Part shown: positions 47,027-60,450 of the stretch, one piece after another | Numbering within the stretch: position 1 is the stretch's first letter | How the letters are laid out: each line of letters begins with the position of its first letter | Assembly (NCBI GenBank): GCA_964016885.1 | Contig: OZ024743.1 | Coordinates: 233,306,001 to 233,370,000 of the forward strand | Origin: Eledone cirrhosa | Lineage: Eukaryota | Length of the DNA: 64,000 nucleotides | Direction of reading: 5' to 3' | Notes under the pieces: generated by a model | Told to the model about the DNA's origin: nothing | The model's database searches: none | The model's input: only the letters and a program-made list of their open reading frames with translations | Translations under genes and position numbers: made by a program

Positions 47027-50000
47027 TTGCAGATTACCTACGGTATAACAATGGCATCTCACTCAGCCATTATGGCGATGCAGAAGTCCATTCAGGAACT
47101 CACCCTGGAGCTCCAGAAGATGAAGGTCTGGTGTGGTGCCCGTTCGCGCTCGCGCAGGAGATCTCACTCTTTTAGACGCCGCCCCAGGTCAACAGCTTCA
47201 TTTTTATGCTGGTACCACGAGCGTTTTGCCGAGAGCGCGAACCACTGCGTGCAACCTTGCTCGTTTCATAAGGCGGGAAACGCCAAAGAGGTCCGCTGAT
47301 GAGGGCAGTTGACCACAACATAAAGCCACCAAACAGCCATTTCTTCATTAAGGACCTTATGTCGGGAAGAGGTTTCCTCGTGGATACAGGAGCCTCCTGC
47401 AGTATTTGGCCGGTCCATTGCCTGAAAGATACCCCGTGGAGTCATCCGTTTATCTGCAGGCCGTTAATCACTCGTCTATAAAGACGTACGGACAAATCTC
47501 GCTTCCTCTCAAATTCCTAAATCTTCGTAGGGATTTTAAGTGGATTTTTACGGTTGCCGATTTGCCATACCCTATATTAGGAGCGGATTTCCTCCACAAC
47601 TTCACTTTGTCTGTGGACATCCGTGGCCAAAGCCTGGTGGATGACATCACCAGTTTTTCAATTCGTGGCCGGAAAGCCAATGCTCCAACAGTCAGCCCCA
47701 TATTATTCATCGCTGCCGCTGGAGACGCCTACCATTCGTTGTTAGGTTCTTTCCCGGAGCTCATCGATGGAAATTTTCGAGTCACTGAGCCAACACACTC
47801 AACATTTCATTTCCACCACCGGTGCTCCAGTGTTTTCGCGTCCACGCCGCTTCCCGGCGGGACAAATTAAAGGCAGCACGGTCCGAGTTCGACCATATGC
47901 TGCAGCTGGGCATTATTCGCCCATCTAGGAGTCCTTGGGCTTCACCGTTACACATGGTGCCCAAGACTTCCGGCGACTGGAGACCCACTGGGGATTATAG
48001 GAGGTTAAATGCTATGACCGTCCCGGATAGGTATCCCATCCCCCATCTCCAGGATTTCGCATCTTCATTGCAGGGGTGTAAGATTTTCTTAAAACTAGAT
48101 TTAGTGCGAGCTTACCACCAAATTCCAGTCAGGAAGGAGGATATTCCGAAAACGGCGATCACAACTCGTTTCGGATCCTTCGAATTTTTTACCATGCCTT
48201 TCGGACTCAGGAACGCCGCTAGTAACACTTTTCAGCGGTTCATAGATGAAGTCACTCGTGGTCTGGACTTCGTTTATGCATACATAGACGATCTTCTCGT
48301 CGCCAGTTCCTCTCCGGAAGAGCATATGCGCCACATGCATCTCTTATTTCGGCGACTTCAGGATTACCGCGTTCGTGGAATCCCGCAAAGTGTGTTTTCG
48401 GTTCCACTTCGCTAAATTTTTTAGGCCACCTCATCGACGTCGAAGGTATTAGTCCGCTTTCCCAGCGAGTTCAAGCCATACAGGATTTACCTCCGCCTAC
48501 TACACTTCACCAGTTGCGTCACTTCTTAGGCCTAATCAATTTCTATAGCCGTTTCGTTCGTTCCTCATTGTGCTATTTTACTATCTACCCTTACTGACAT
48601 TTTGAAAAATCGTCGTAAGAAGAATGAGGATATTTCCTTGTCACAAGGACAGCTTAAAGACTTCCAGACTGCCAAGACAACACTCGCTAGTTCATCTTTG
48701 CTAGCCCACCCGGTACCAGAGGCCAAGCTTTCGCTTTGTGTTGATGCATCTGATACCGCCGTGGGAGCAGTTTTACAGCAGTACAACGCTGGAAACCAAC
48801 AACCTTTGGCATTTTTCTCAAGGAAGCTGAAACCAGCGTTTGGGCGGGAATTATTAGCCATATATCTGTCGGTGAAACATTTCTCTCATATTCTTGAGGG
48901 GAGAAATTTTACTGTTTTAACTGACCACAAACCTCTGACCTTCGCTTTGAGGGCTAAAGCCGACAGATATTCGCCCAGAGAGACAAGGCACCTGGATTAC
49001 ATTTCGCAATTACAAATGATATCCAGCACATTGCTGGCCCGCTTAACATAGCTGCAGACGCATTGTCACGTTTGCCAATCAGCTCCATCTCGTCATCCCA
49101 TGACATCGACTTAAGTCGTTTAGCTGCAGACCATGCCGAGTTTGCGACTTGCATCTTCAAATATCTGCCCTTGTCGACCACCGACAGGCAGATTCTATGT
49201 GATGTATCTACGGATTCACCACGACCATATGTTCCTGAGACTCACCGCAAATTGTGTTCCTTGCTTTGCACAGCATTTCTCACCCAGGAATTCTGCCACA
49301 GTAAAGCTTATAACGGCTAGATTTTCCTGGCCCAATATGAGGCGAGAAATTACTGTTTGGTGCCGTTCTTGCACACAGTGTCAGAGATCTAAAGTCCACA
49401 GACACATCTGGACTCCACTTGGTACTTTCAGTACTCCAGATGCTCGGTTTCAACACATCAACATTGATATCGTTGGACATTGGCCATTCAGTAGTGGATA
49501 TTCGTACCTCTTGACCTGTATCGATCGTTTTTCGCGATGGCCTGAAGCCACCCCCTTAAAAGATATTACTGCTGAGATTGTAGCGCGTGCCCTGGTATCA
49601 GGGTGGATTGCCCGCTTTGGGGTACCAACTACAGTCACCACAGACCGTGGTAGTCAATTTGAGTCTCATCTCTTCTCTGAGCTCACAAAGATCATTGGTG
49701 CTCAACGGATTCGGACCACAGCTTATCATCCTGCTTCGAACGGAATGGTGGAACGATTCCACTGCCAATTAAAGGCCGCTCTTTGCGCCTATCCAGACTC
49801 TCAACGTTGGAGCGAGTACCTTCCTATTGTGTTGTTAGGAATTCGGTCATCAATAAAGGAGGATCTTGGGTTCTCCCCGGCCGAATTACTGTATGGTGCT
49901 CCTCTAGCGTTGCCTGGGCAAATGCTTGCCCCTGTTGATCTTGCTTTTCAGGACCCTCTTTCCTACGTATCTCGTTTGCGCTCCTATTTTCAGGACTTAC

Positions 50001-50345
50001 CGCCCATAAATACCAGGAAACAAACTATTAAAGCTGCAGTCCCGAGGGATATTGCCTCGTGGACACATGTATTCGTCAGAAACGATGCGGTTACTCCACC
50101 CCTCACACAGCCGTACTCTGGACCCTACCGTGTGTTATCACGTACTGACAAACATTTCACAGTAGACAGGGTCCAGAGAGACAATTTCGGTAGATAGACT
50201 AAAAAGGGCATACAATGACGCTCATACACCCGAGCCACAAATACCCCAATCTTTCTCTCTTGTGCATATACCTGCTCCTTCTGCCCCACCTTCACCTACA
50301 TACAAGACCACGACCCGTTCCGGTCGAAGAGTCCACTGGCCCAAA
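47027..50345 (+). pseudogene. Frameshifted gag-pol (gag CWYH knuckle, protease, RT, RNase H, integrase)
   Basis: [48 protein letters not shown] motif. Confidence 0.92.
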
Positions 50346-50419
50346 AACTCTGCCAAACTGTTTTCATGTGAACTGGCTACTGGAGCCTTTTTTGTTTTTC
50401 TCTTTATTGTATTACTATG

Positions 50420-50565
50420 TATACATGTACCTTTTCGTTACCATTTCATGCCTGATTTATACATGTACCTTTTCGTTACTATTTCATGCCCGATTTATAC
50501 ATATACCTTTTCGTTACTATTTCATGTCTGATTTATACATGTACCTTTGCGTTAATATTTCATGC
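50420..50565 (+). repeat. About four copies of a 36-bp tandem repeat in the Gypsy 3' UTR
   Basis: atacatgtaccttttcgttactatttcatgcctgatt units. Confidence 0.85.
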
Positions 50566-51649
50566 CTGTGCTGGGAGCCCATGCTTGTGGGTTCGCTACA
50601 GTTACCTTCAGGCTTTTCGCCTATCGTCTGGAGGAGGGTACTGTAGCGGCCCCTTACGGCTGTAACTCAGCACGTATAGGAGTTGCATCCCTTTGTGACG
50701 GTCGCGACTCCCAGTGGCAGATACGCATAGGAGTTGCGTCACTTTGTGACGGTCGCGACTCCCAGTGGCAGACCCATGTACTAAATGGAGTTGCGTCTCC
50801 CTGGGGACTATATATTTGAGAACATCAAGGCATTAATTCTCTCACTTCCTGCACCGGCAGCCGAAAGAACCACTTGAACCTTACCAAGAGAAGATTTCTG
50901 CTCTTCTCTACACGCTCCAGTCTGGGAGTTGTGACCAGCTGATCATCAACATGTGGTAAACCTCTATAGTTTCGCACCCCTTCTTCGCCAGTCATCACAT
51001 AGATGTGTGTGTAAGTAATTATTTTTTTTTTCTAAATGTGTCTGTTGATATATATATATGTATGTCTAGATGCATGTGTGTTTGTAATTCTATTGTCTAT
51101 GTATCTTTCTAAATAAACACACACATACACTCAGACAAATATTATATAAAAATATAATTTACACAAACACACATATACACACACACACACAAGTACTCAC
51201 ATAATCATAAGAGCCAATGTGTGTAGCCAATTCGCTATACACACACACACACACACACACAAGTGTAGAGAATGTTAGACGCTACATTATCTAGTTTGTC
51301 ATCAGCCCCCCCTTCCTCAATCGACGTAATCACCCCTTCCATCGTAAGTCATCACTACTGCGTTACGGACATGTATGACAAATTGATTAAAATACTGTTT
51401 AACTGAAAAATCAATATTACCTACATATAACTTCGATCTGTGGTTGTCCGGCTGTAGATTTCGGTATTAAATCAGTTATACAATTCTGAAAGTTAGTTAA
51501 TGCGTCATTAATGCAACCACTGCTCATTGGTAACCACAGGGAAATAGTAACTGAAATAAAAATTGAATAACGATTTCATAAATTTCAATTTTTTTCGTGT
51601 ACGTCTCCAAAATTCGTTAACTGTGCAATGTATGTATGTATGTATGTAT

Positions 51650-53612
51650 GTATGTTCTGGTTTTATAATTTCACAAATTTTTACCAATAGAGAGAGTCGG
51701 TTTCTAACAGAGACACAAGACTCTCTCATTGGAATTTACACATCAACTAGGTAGATTATGTCTGCATGTCTGCATGCATGTGTAGGTTTGGATGTTATTG
51801 TATGTGTGGATGTGTATGTGTGCATGTGTATATGCTTTGTATCTGTACATGTGTATATGCAGTTATTAGATGCAACATTTTTGGAATGTTTTACATATTT
51901 TTACTGTTCCATTAATGGATTGTACTTGTAATTTCCTAACTAGTTGTGTTCTTTCTGTTCCTGTGAAGCCTAGCTTCTCAAGATTTGTATTGAGGCAGTT
52001 ACTAACATACTCCAGTGCCCCCAATAATCACAGGCATAAATCTGAAGGTGTAATCAGGGTGGTATATCTGCAGATTTCTCATCAGTTCTGCATAAATGTT
52101 TTCCTTTTCGCTAATCTTTGATATTATATTGGCATCTGTGGGCAGCTAATTTCCACTACTGTGCATGCTTTCTTCTCCCTGTCCCATGTCATAATATCTG
52201 GTCTGTTATGCCTGCATTTTATTGGGGTATTTACTGGAACATTCCACCAGTACTCTTTCATATTATGTACATGGATGTCTTCCACATTGCTGTAGCTTTT
52301 AATGTGTTTATTATCGGGGCTATCTTTTTTACGGATTGCATTGTACAGTGTTTTGGCCACTACATCATGCCTCATAGGTAGATAGTACCGCGATGACATC
52401 TTTGGATATCTGCTGATGACATGGGTGATATCTTCGATGTTAGTTCTCCAGAGTCTGCACTTGTTATCACATCTCTTTTGTGAATCAGGTATTTCGTGTT
52501 AATTTCCTGTTCTTGGATTGCAAAAGCGTATCCTTCAAAGTGGGAGCCAATATAGCGGTTGTTGGTCCAAGATAGACTACTTTCCTTATCTATATTACTC
52601 TCACTCTGGAGCTTCCTGGCAACATATCCCTGCATGATTTTTTGCTTATAAACATGCAGTTTTTCACCCATGCATTCACAGCGGTATTGTTGGGCAATTT
52701 TCTTGGGTGGGTGTGAGTTTTTGATTATCATGCAGAGAGTATCTTTCAAGGAGTTTCTTCTCAACTCTCATGATCTTATCTGTCTCATGCAGACAGACAT
52801 GCTCAATAAGTGGGCTCCTACACTTGGAAGTTCGTAGATATCGGAGGGATAAGATGCGACAATCAAATGCTGTCAGAACTGATGTTAGGCCTCTGCCTCC
52901 CTGTTTACATTTCAGGTAGAGGTGGTCTATGACACTAGTGATGTGGAAGGTTCCGGTGTTTTTTTTAGGATTTGGGGGGTTTTAGCATCAATTGGTCGGA
53001 TTTCGTCTATCGTCCAATTGAGTATTCCAAACGTTGGTGTTAGGACAGGCACAGCAAACACATTGTGAGCCACTGTTTTATTGTGCGCAGAGATTTCCGA
53101 TGACCACATTTTTCTTAATTGGGGGGTAATATTCCATGGTTACGAGTTCCTTGTTACAGATACCAACATAGGATATATTCTCATCTTTCCCTAGGTATCT
53201 GTAGCAGTCTTTGTCAGTTATCGGTAAAAAAAAGTTAGGCCATTGATAAAAATGTTGCCAGATCGGGTTGTAATTTTCCCCCGCTTTACAATCATATATG
53301 AACATTTATCCTGATCAAACTCCATTCCTATAACCTTTAAGAACGTTGTAACCAGGTCAAGATTTTTCTTCATCCCATTTATGTTCTTGGCATAGAGTTT
53401 CAGGTCATCCACAAAGAAATTATGGGTTAGGTTCCTATTTCTGTCATGTGAGCCAATGATGTATCCTTCATATTTCTTGAGCAGAACGGATAAGGTGTTT
53501 AATGATGGGATAAACAGTAGCACTGAGAAACTGTCTCCTTGAAATATACTCCTGTGATATTCTATTTTATCAGTGAAAATAGAGTCCTCCTTCTCTGTTT
53601 GTAACATAACTT
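51650..53612 (-). mobile_element. R4/Dong-like non-LTR element, 5'-truncated in RT, decayed
   Basis: IFQGDSFS, FFVDDLKLYA, AIQEQEI, RHD, RPDI motifs; 3' end abuts (TATG)n. Confidence 0.88.
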
Positions 53613-54194
53613 AACATGGTTCTTAAGTAAAATGACAGTTAAGTAGTGTCTGTCCTAAATAGAAAGTTAATCATAGCTATGAGAAACATATACATGTACA
53701 CCGGGTTCGAACACAAAGGAACCAAACTCCCACTGTCACTGCGTTCGTCTCTCCCTTCTCCCTCCTCTCTCACTATTATGGGCAAATGGGCGCCCACGCG
53801 CTGGCCGCCCGCGGCCCCTGCTGACAGAATAGAGAAGTCGTTTCCCCGTGGAGATAGTTGTGGTGTAGTTAGTGATAATAACCGAGGAGATGCCGAAACG
53901 GAAAAGGACCCGCTATGAATTCAGAAAATCAAGTGATAATACTAAATATAACAAATCTATACAACTTGCTAGCGTGCAACAATTAAATAAATAAACCAAA
54001 AGAAAAATAGGTAACACTTATTTATTTAAGAAAAAAATTGTCTTTATACTTTTTAAAATTATAACACACTGATTAAAGAAATATGTTGACCTTAAATTTG
54101 AGAGATTTCTATGTTATTCTTCGAATATTTCTCGACGAATATTCATTTCTATTCTTTTTATACCCTGGATAGGGAGAATATTGGTACATTGTAT

Positions 54195-54225
<31 letters not shown>

Positions 54226-54314
54226 GTAGATTCAGTAGTTTCAAATAGAAAAAGAAAACAAAAAATGAAGTATTACTATTTACAATTTTCAGGATTCCTT
54301 TCCAATCAGAGTTC

Positions 54315-54970
54315 TATTTACAGTTGTATAAATAACATCACAAATGCGTAAATGACATTATAAATTGCTCGCAATTCATTCAGAAGAACGTTAGAAATAT
54401 GATGACATTGATAAACACATATATAAACGCATAAAAGAGAGAGAGAGAAAAAAAGAAGAAAAATGAGCGGACAAAACAAAAATGACCATTAATTCATCAC
54501 CAAGTGCGACAATCGGCTGCACATAACATCGTTAGGGTTAACTAAACACTTTGAGTCAAGCCAATGCGCTCGCAGCATTGCCACGGGTGATGGCGACGCT
54601 GAAGCACCGAAACAACCAGGCACCCCCTCGGGCTGTCAGAGGCCCAACTCTACCAAATGTCTCGAACGCTACAGGCTGTAAAAATATAATTACTAGATAT
54701 TACCGAATTTTATTCCATCGGCAACGGAAGCAGTGGACCCCACATTTACCGCGGCGTCCATGATGTGGGAGGGAGCAAAAGAGTCATTGACTGTGGTGTC
54801 CCAGATGAGACACTTACCTCTTACCCAGGGACAAAGGCTAAGGCCTTCTGGTCTCTTCCCATCACTTCTGGATAATCCAACCGGCTCCAGAACTGAGGGG
54901 ATATTTAACCCAGATAGGGCCCGCTTAATGATCAAGTTTAGCTCGGTGTGCCGGGTAAAAGACCTGTGAT
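54315..54970 (-). mobile_element. CRE-like non-LTR retrotransposon 3' fragment (RLE domain)
   Basis: RHTELN..EPVGLSRSDGKRPEG..PW..GK.LIWD motif. Confidence 0.7.
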
Positions 54971-55758
54971 GACACAACTTCCGACCACTCTCTGGACACA
55001 CTGTTTGCTAACGCCGGGGTCGATTTTTCTGGCTAGGAACAGGGGCCTATCCAATCCCATATGGTGCATAGTTTGCAACCCCCTCAACTCCGAGTCACTC
55101 AGCCGACACACTGCAGCTATCCCCTTTTCTGCGTCCTCTGGCGCTTCCAGCCAAGCTTTCTTCGCTCTGGTTAAAATGTTTGCCCTATTTTTCTCCGAGG
55201 GTACAAAGCCCACACTCAACTTCAGACCGAACTCAGTAGACAGCTCTTCCAGAGTTCCCAGGTGGCGCTTTATTAATATTTCTGCTGCCCCTGTTCTCAC
55301 TGGTGATCACTGATCTCACCCATCCGAGTACAGTGGCTGAGTCAGTGTGAATCTCTATGGCGCGTAGCCCCATCTCAGGGCGAGATTCACTCCTCTCAGC
55401 ACGGCGTCCAGTTCGGCCAGATGGTTGTTGTTGCAGTCCTCCTTCTTCCTGAGTCTGGTTGCATTCTCGACCTCTACACCTCCTATCTCCAGAGTGAACC
55501 CTAGCGCTATGCAGCTGGCATCAGACCTTACGGTCCCGTTCTCCGATTTGGGGGCGTACCAGCATCCTATTACTGGGTCATCCGCCTTTACCCTCTCCAT
55601 GATGTTTTGAATCCTGGCCACTGTCTTCTCTCCTACCCTGTCTACCCAGCTCACCCCGTCTGCTCGTCTCTTGACATAGCTGCATGCCGTCCGGAGCCAC
55701 CCTGCGATCGGATAGTGGCCCACCAATTTACCACACATTGAGAAGAGTTCCCGTCTAT
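54971..55758 (-). mobile_element. Inverted Gypsy fragment (RNase H to integrase N-terminus)
   Basis: Near-identical to 59294-59758 and continuing into MHHMG...C. Confidence 0.85.
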
Positions 55759-55786
55759 ATAAGAAACCATTATTTACTGATAAAAT

Positions 55787-55976
55787 AGGGCGGTGGATTG
55801 GCAGTATCTGTAGAGCGTCAGACATCATGCTTTGCAGCATAGAATTACGGCCCTTTATGATCTGAGTTCATATCCCGCCGAGATTAACTGTGCCTTTCAT
55901 GATTACGGGGTCGATAAAATAAAGTACCAGTCACGCACTGAGGTCGATTTAATCGACTTTCCCCTCCCCCAGAATT
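55787..55976 (+). mobile_element. Family A SINE; a truncated minus-strand copy lies at 56510-56635
   Basis: Shared head and core. Confidence 0.8.
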
Positions 55977-57021
55977 GTATATATGTATGTATATATATTA
56001 ACAAATACAAATTAAAAGATATGTCTCATACCCATAAACACGCATGTATTTAGAAGTCCATTCATTTTCGACAATCTTATTTCGGTGAAAGAGCAGATTT
56101 TAGAAGTCTTATTTTTGTAAAGAGTGAGGAGTGAATGAGGGTACTTGCTTACCAACGGTGAATTTTCATACGTGGCGCATTTATCTCGACTGTGCAGCTT
56201 GGACTGTGTACTTTGCACTGATTATCTGTCTCTCTAAATGATATCTCTCAGTTCATTTCAAACAAAAACACCTATAATGAACGCTGAGCAAATATACGTC
56301 TACAAATTGAGAACATATACACACGCACATGAACACAGCAAACCAATATATTCATATATTAAAGGCAGATTTTTCTCCTTTATTGATTACATTGCACCTG
56401 AGTTCTTGTCTATATGTTTAAACCGGTTCACAAAATTGATTAGTGAGTAAATGTAGTAGTATATATTTATTTCAATATGTTCACCTTATATATATATAAG
56501 GTGAACGACCGCGTAAGGATGAAAGGCAAAGTTAACCTCGGCGGGATTTGAACTCAGATCATAAAGGGCCGTAACTCTATGCCGCAAAGCATGGCGTCCG
56601 AACCTCTACCGATACTGCCAATCCACCGCCCTATTTTACTACTAAATAATAAATAGTATTTTAGAACCCTGGTAGTTCTATTATCTTTAACCCAGGTCGT
56701 GACTTTCTGCTAAAATTCTTAATTTCGAAAACATTTGACTCTGCTAAAATTCTTAAGCCATGGAAGTCAGTAGCTGTGTGTGGACGTAACACAAGCAGAA
56801 TTATAATAAGATTATTAAATGATTTTAACTTGTTTTTTAACAATTGATGGTGGAAAAGATTTCTAATTGTCTTAACAATTGTCTTAACTCGGGCCGCAAC
56901 TCATGGTCTCTGACACTCTTACCGGCTACATAGCCTGGGAGTCTATTTTACCGAGACCGGCTACATAGCTTCTTCCATTATTGTTACGTTTGTTAGTTTT
57001 TAGATTGTCAATACATAGTTA

Positions 57022-59758
57022 ATGTGGGGTTGCCGTGGGAGAGACTGCCAGAAGTTGGGGACACCTGACCGGAAGCGGGAGGACGAGTGGCGTCACATGA
57101 GGGTTCAGGGGCTATTAACAGCCTCTTTCCCAGCAGTACGTGGTCGAGTGAGGACGTGTTGTGTGAAGCGAGACCGAGAGGGGCTTTGATACTCTAAAAT
57201 TGGATGTAAGTCACCTGGACGGTGGACACGGTCCAAAGTGAATCGAAGACGCAAGGTAAGTGTAACTGCTTCTGGTTCCAAGCTATTTCGGCGTTTAATA
57301 TTTCATCCCATCTTTCGGCATTCTTACACCCGGCAGCGTTTTATTATTTATTTTTTCTTTCTCTTCATGACGTTTACGATCTCGCAAAGGAGATGACGGC
57401 GAAATTGAGAATGGGGAAACGAGGCGATCAAAGCCTTCAACGGTGAAGGAGTTGTCATCGCCTGGTTGAGGAAAGTCAGATTGGTTGCCACGTTGCAAGG
57501 TATCGAGAATGTGGATGGCCTAATCGTCCTTTATCTCGATGAAAATGCACTGGCATTATACCTCGAGATGGAGGATTCAAACCAACTGCACACGGTGAAG
57601 ATAGAGCAACGTCTAAAGGAAGCGTTCACTGAGAGGGCTTATGTTGCTTTCGCCAAGCTAGGCAAAGTAAGATGGATGGGAGAACACGTGGACGTATTTG
57701 GAGTGGAAATACAGCGGTTGGCTACGCTGGCTGAGTTTACGGCAGAGAACAGCGAAAGAGCCATGCGGATGGTGTTTGCGAACGGGTTCCCCGATGAGAT
57801 CTCGGTGAGGCTCCAACAGTTGCCTGGCAACAAAAAGATGAGCATGAGCTAGCTAATCACACAAGCCTGCGTAGTAACTCAAGGCGCCGAGCGGGATGTT
57901 GCTGCGTTAGCAGCCACAGAAGCCCATGGCAGTCGACAGCGATCGACGAACGACGAAAGGAGAACAGCCACTGTGAATACTAGTTCGCGGGTGTTCACAG
58001 GCCAGTGCTTCAGGTGTCAGGGTTTTTACATGGCAAGGAACTGCGGAGAGCCGAAGCCAGACATAAATTGCTACCGATGTAAGAGGCCAAGCCACATCGC
58101 CAACAATTGCGGCCAGGGAAATGGTCCAAGGGGGGCGACTGCGCCGGTAACTACCCGTAGTGGAAGTTTTGGTGGGGGAAGGCCTTCACGAGCCCTCGTG
58201 GACACGGGCTGCACAACAACATTAATGGCTCCGGAGGTGGTTAAAAAGTGGAGCGGGATGAGTAGTGTGAGGGAACTCGACAGCAGGGAGATTAGATGCA
58301 GAGTTAGCAGTGATGTGGAGATGGTGGCACGGGAAAGAAAAATAAGGCTTCGGGCGATCGGGATTGACCACTTGGTGGACAGAATCGATGTAGTAATGAG
58401 CATAGATGCGATTGGCTACTTAGTAGGTGTTACAGTGAATAAAGTCGGGTAACGTTTTGTAGCGTAGAAACATCATGCGCCTTGAGTATGCAAAAGGAGA
58501 ACAGAGAGATCCCCTAAGAAAAACATGCTGCTCACCCCATACAGGACAAGGATTTCAGTGCTGTGTTCCATGGACAATGGTGGATAGTTGAGTGGTACTG
58601 GAAAGGAGAACCACCAACGCTGAAGAATAGAGTGGGCTGTTATCAGCATACATTGAAAGGAGATGCCAGAAGCGACTTTGAGAGGTACAGAGATGGATCA
58701 AGGAGGGTATATTGATCCCTTGGAAGGAGGACGTAAAGAGTGGAGTGTTGCCATTAATAGAAGTAGTACAACCCAGGAAGAACAAGGTCAGACCGGTGCT
58801 GGACTTTCGTGAGTTGAGCGAACACGTGTCATGCTACACAGGCGGTGAGGTCACGGATGTCTGCGAGGAAACATTGCGAGAGTGGGGACGAATGACTGGG
58901 GCCTCCACGATTATCGACTTAAAGTCGGCATATATGCAGCTACACGTAGATGAGAAGCTGTGGAAGTATCAACAATGAGGGCCATGCATACTGCCTGACT
59001 AGGCTTGGCTTCGTGTCGAACTCCGCACCAAAGATCATGGCGACGGTCTTCAAGGCCATTCTGTGGAAGTAGACAAGGTGGAGAGGGCCACCAACTCCTA
59101 CATCGACGACAGCTTAGTAAATGAGACCGTGATGTCAGCAGCAGAGGTCACTTAGGAAGGTTTGGGTTAACCACAAAACCGCCAGAGGCGATGGAAGGTG
59201 GAGCTGCACTGGGACTCAAGCTGCAAAGGAACAAGACGGGCACGCTGATGTTTCGGAGGGGAAATGAAGTGCCGGCACTGGACCCCCACATGAATAGACG
59301 GGAACTCTTCTCAATGTGTGGTAAATTGGTGGGCCACTATCCGATCGCAGGGTGGCTCCGGACGGCATGCAGCTATGTCAAGAGACGAACAGACGGGGTG
59401 AGCTGGGTAGACAGGGTAGGAGAGAAGACAGTGGCCAGGATTCAAAACATCATGGAGAGGGTAAAGGCGGATGACCCAGTAATAGGATGCTGGTACGCCC
59501 CCAAATCGGAGAACGGGACCGTAAGGTCTGATGCCAGCAGCATAGCGCTATGGGTCCCTCTGGAGATAGGAGGTGTAGAGGTCGAGAATGCAACCAGACT
59601 CAGGAAGAAGGAGGACTGCAACAACAACCATCTGGCCGAACTGGACGCCGTGCTGAGAGGAGTGAATCTCGCCCTGAGATGGGGCTACGCGCCATAGAGA
59701 TTCGCACTGACTCAGCCACTGTACTTGGATGGGTGAGATCAGTGATCACCAGTGAGAA
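57022..59758 (+). mobile_element. Decayed Gypsy-like element (gag CCHC x2, protease, RT, RNase H), 3' truncated
   Basis: CFRC/CYRC..H..C, ALVDTGC, VRPVLDFREL, DLKSAY, YIDD, DAS; 5' boundary approximate. Confidence 0.85.
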
Positions 59759-59770
59759 GACCCTCATCAG

Positions 59771-60078
59771 ACCCTCCATCTCAACTCTACTTTTGAAAAG
59801 CGAAAGAACTGCGAAACCGGTAAAGTAACAAAATAATTTTTTTTTTTTTAAAAATAAGACTCCAGTTGCATTTTCGATTTCATCTTTTTTTCTATATATA
59901 TATATATATATTGGTAAAAGGCAAAGAAAATGCTGACAAACTGTTCCCAGTGAAAAATAGTTTAATTAGGAATAAGTAAAAATTAGTAATAAGTATTGGT
60001 TAGTGTACAGTTTTGGTTTTAAGTTTTTACCGGTTGCGCATTTCTAATGCTTTTCAAAAATAATTTTGAGATAGAGCG
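59771..60078. repeat. Imperfect inverted repeat (about 55-bp arms), possibly MITE-like
   Basis: atctcaa..ttttgaaaagc..tgcg.aaccggtaaa versus its reverse complement at 60025-60078. Confidence 0.55.
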
Positions 60079-60450
60079 CCCGTGATGTTTGCTCTAATCT
60101 GATTAGTGTTGGAAATTCTACCTGTTTTATGTGAAAAAAGTGGCTCCAGATGTATTAAAATAAGTTTCGCGCCAATTCGTGTTGCAAAAATTCTTGTGGT
60201 CAAAACAATTTTGATTGGTCGGTAGAGGTCATGTGAATGTTAAAAATTGATTTTGCGCCAAATGTAGGTTTGTCTCGGCTGATTGAGAAGTCACTGAAAA
60301 ATAAGTCTTTTAAGACAAATATGTGTGTGCGTGTGTAGTAGTAGTAGTAGTAAAGAGGTTCATTGTTGTGATAATGGTCAGTAGGGATGTGTGTGTGAAT
60401 TGCAGTCATGTTGACAGGTCAACAGTTCAGGTGCTTATTAAGAGAAGTGT

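Larger units (their letters stand above)
46029..50960 (+). mobile_element. Gypsy LTR retrotransposon, decayed, 3' LTR truncated
   Basis: LTRs at 46029-46458 and 50642-50960, PBS tggtgacctgacg at 46461, PPT ggaggagggta. Confidence 0.93.
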
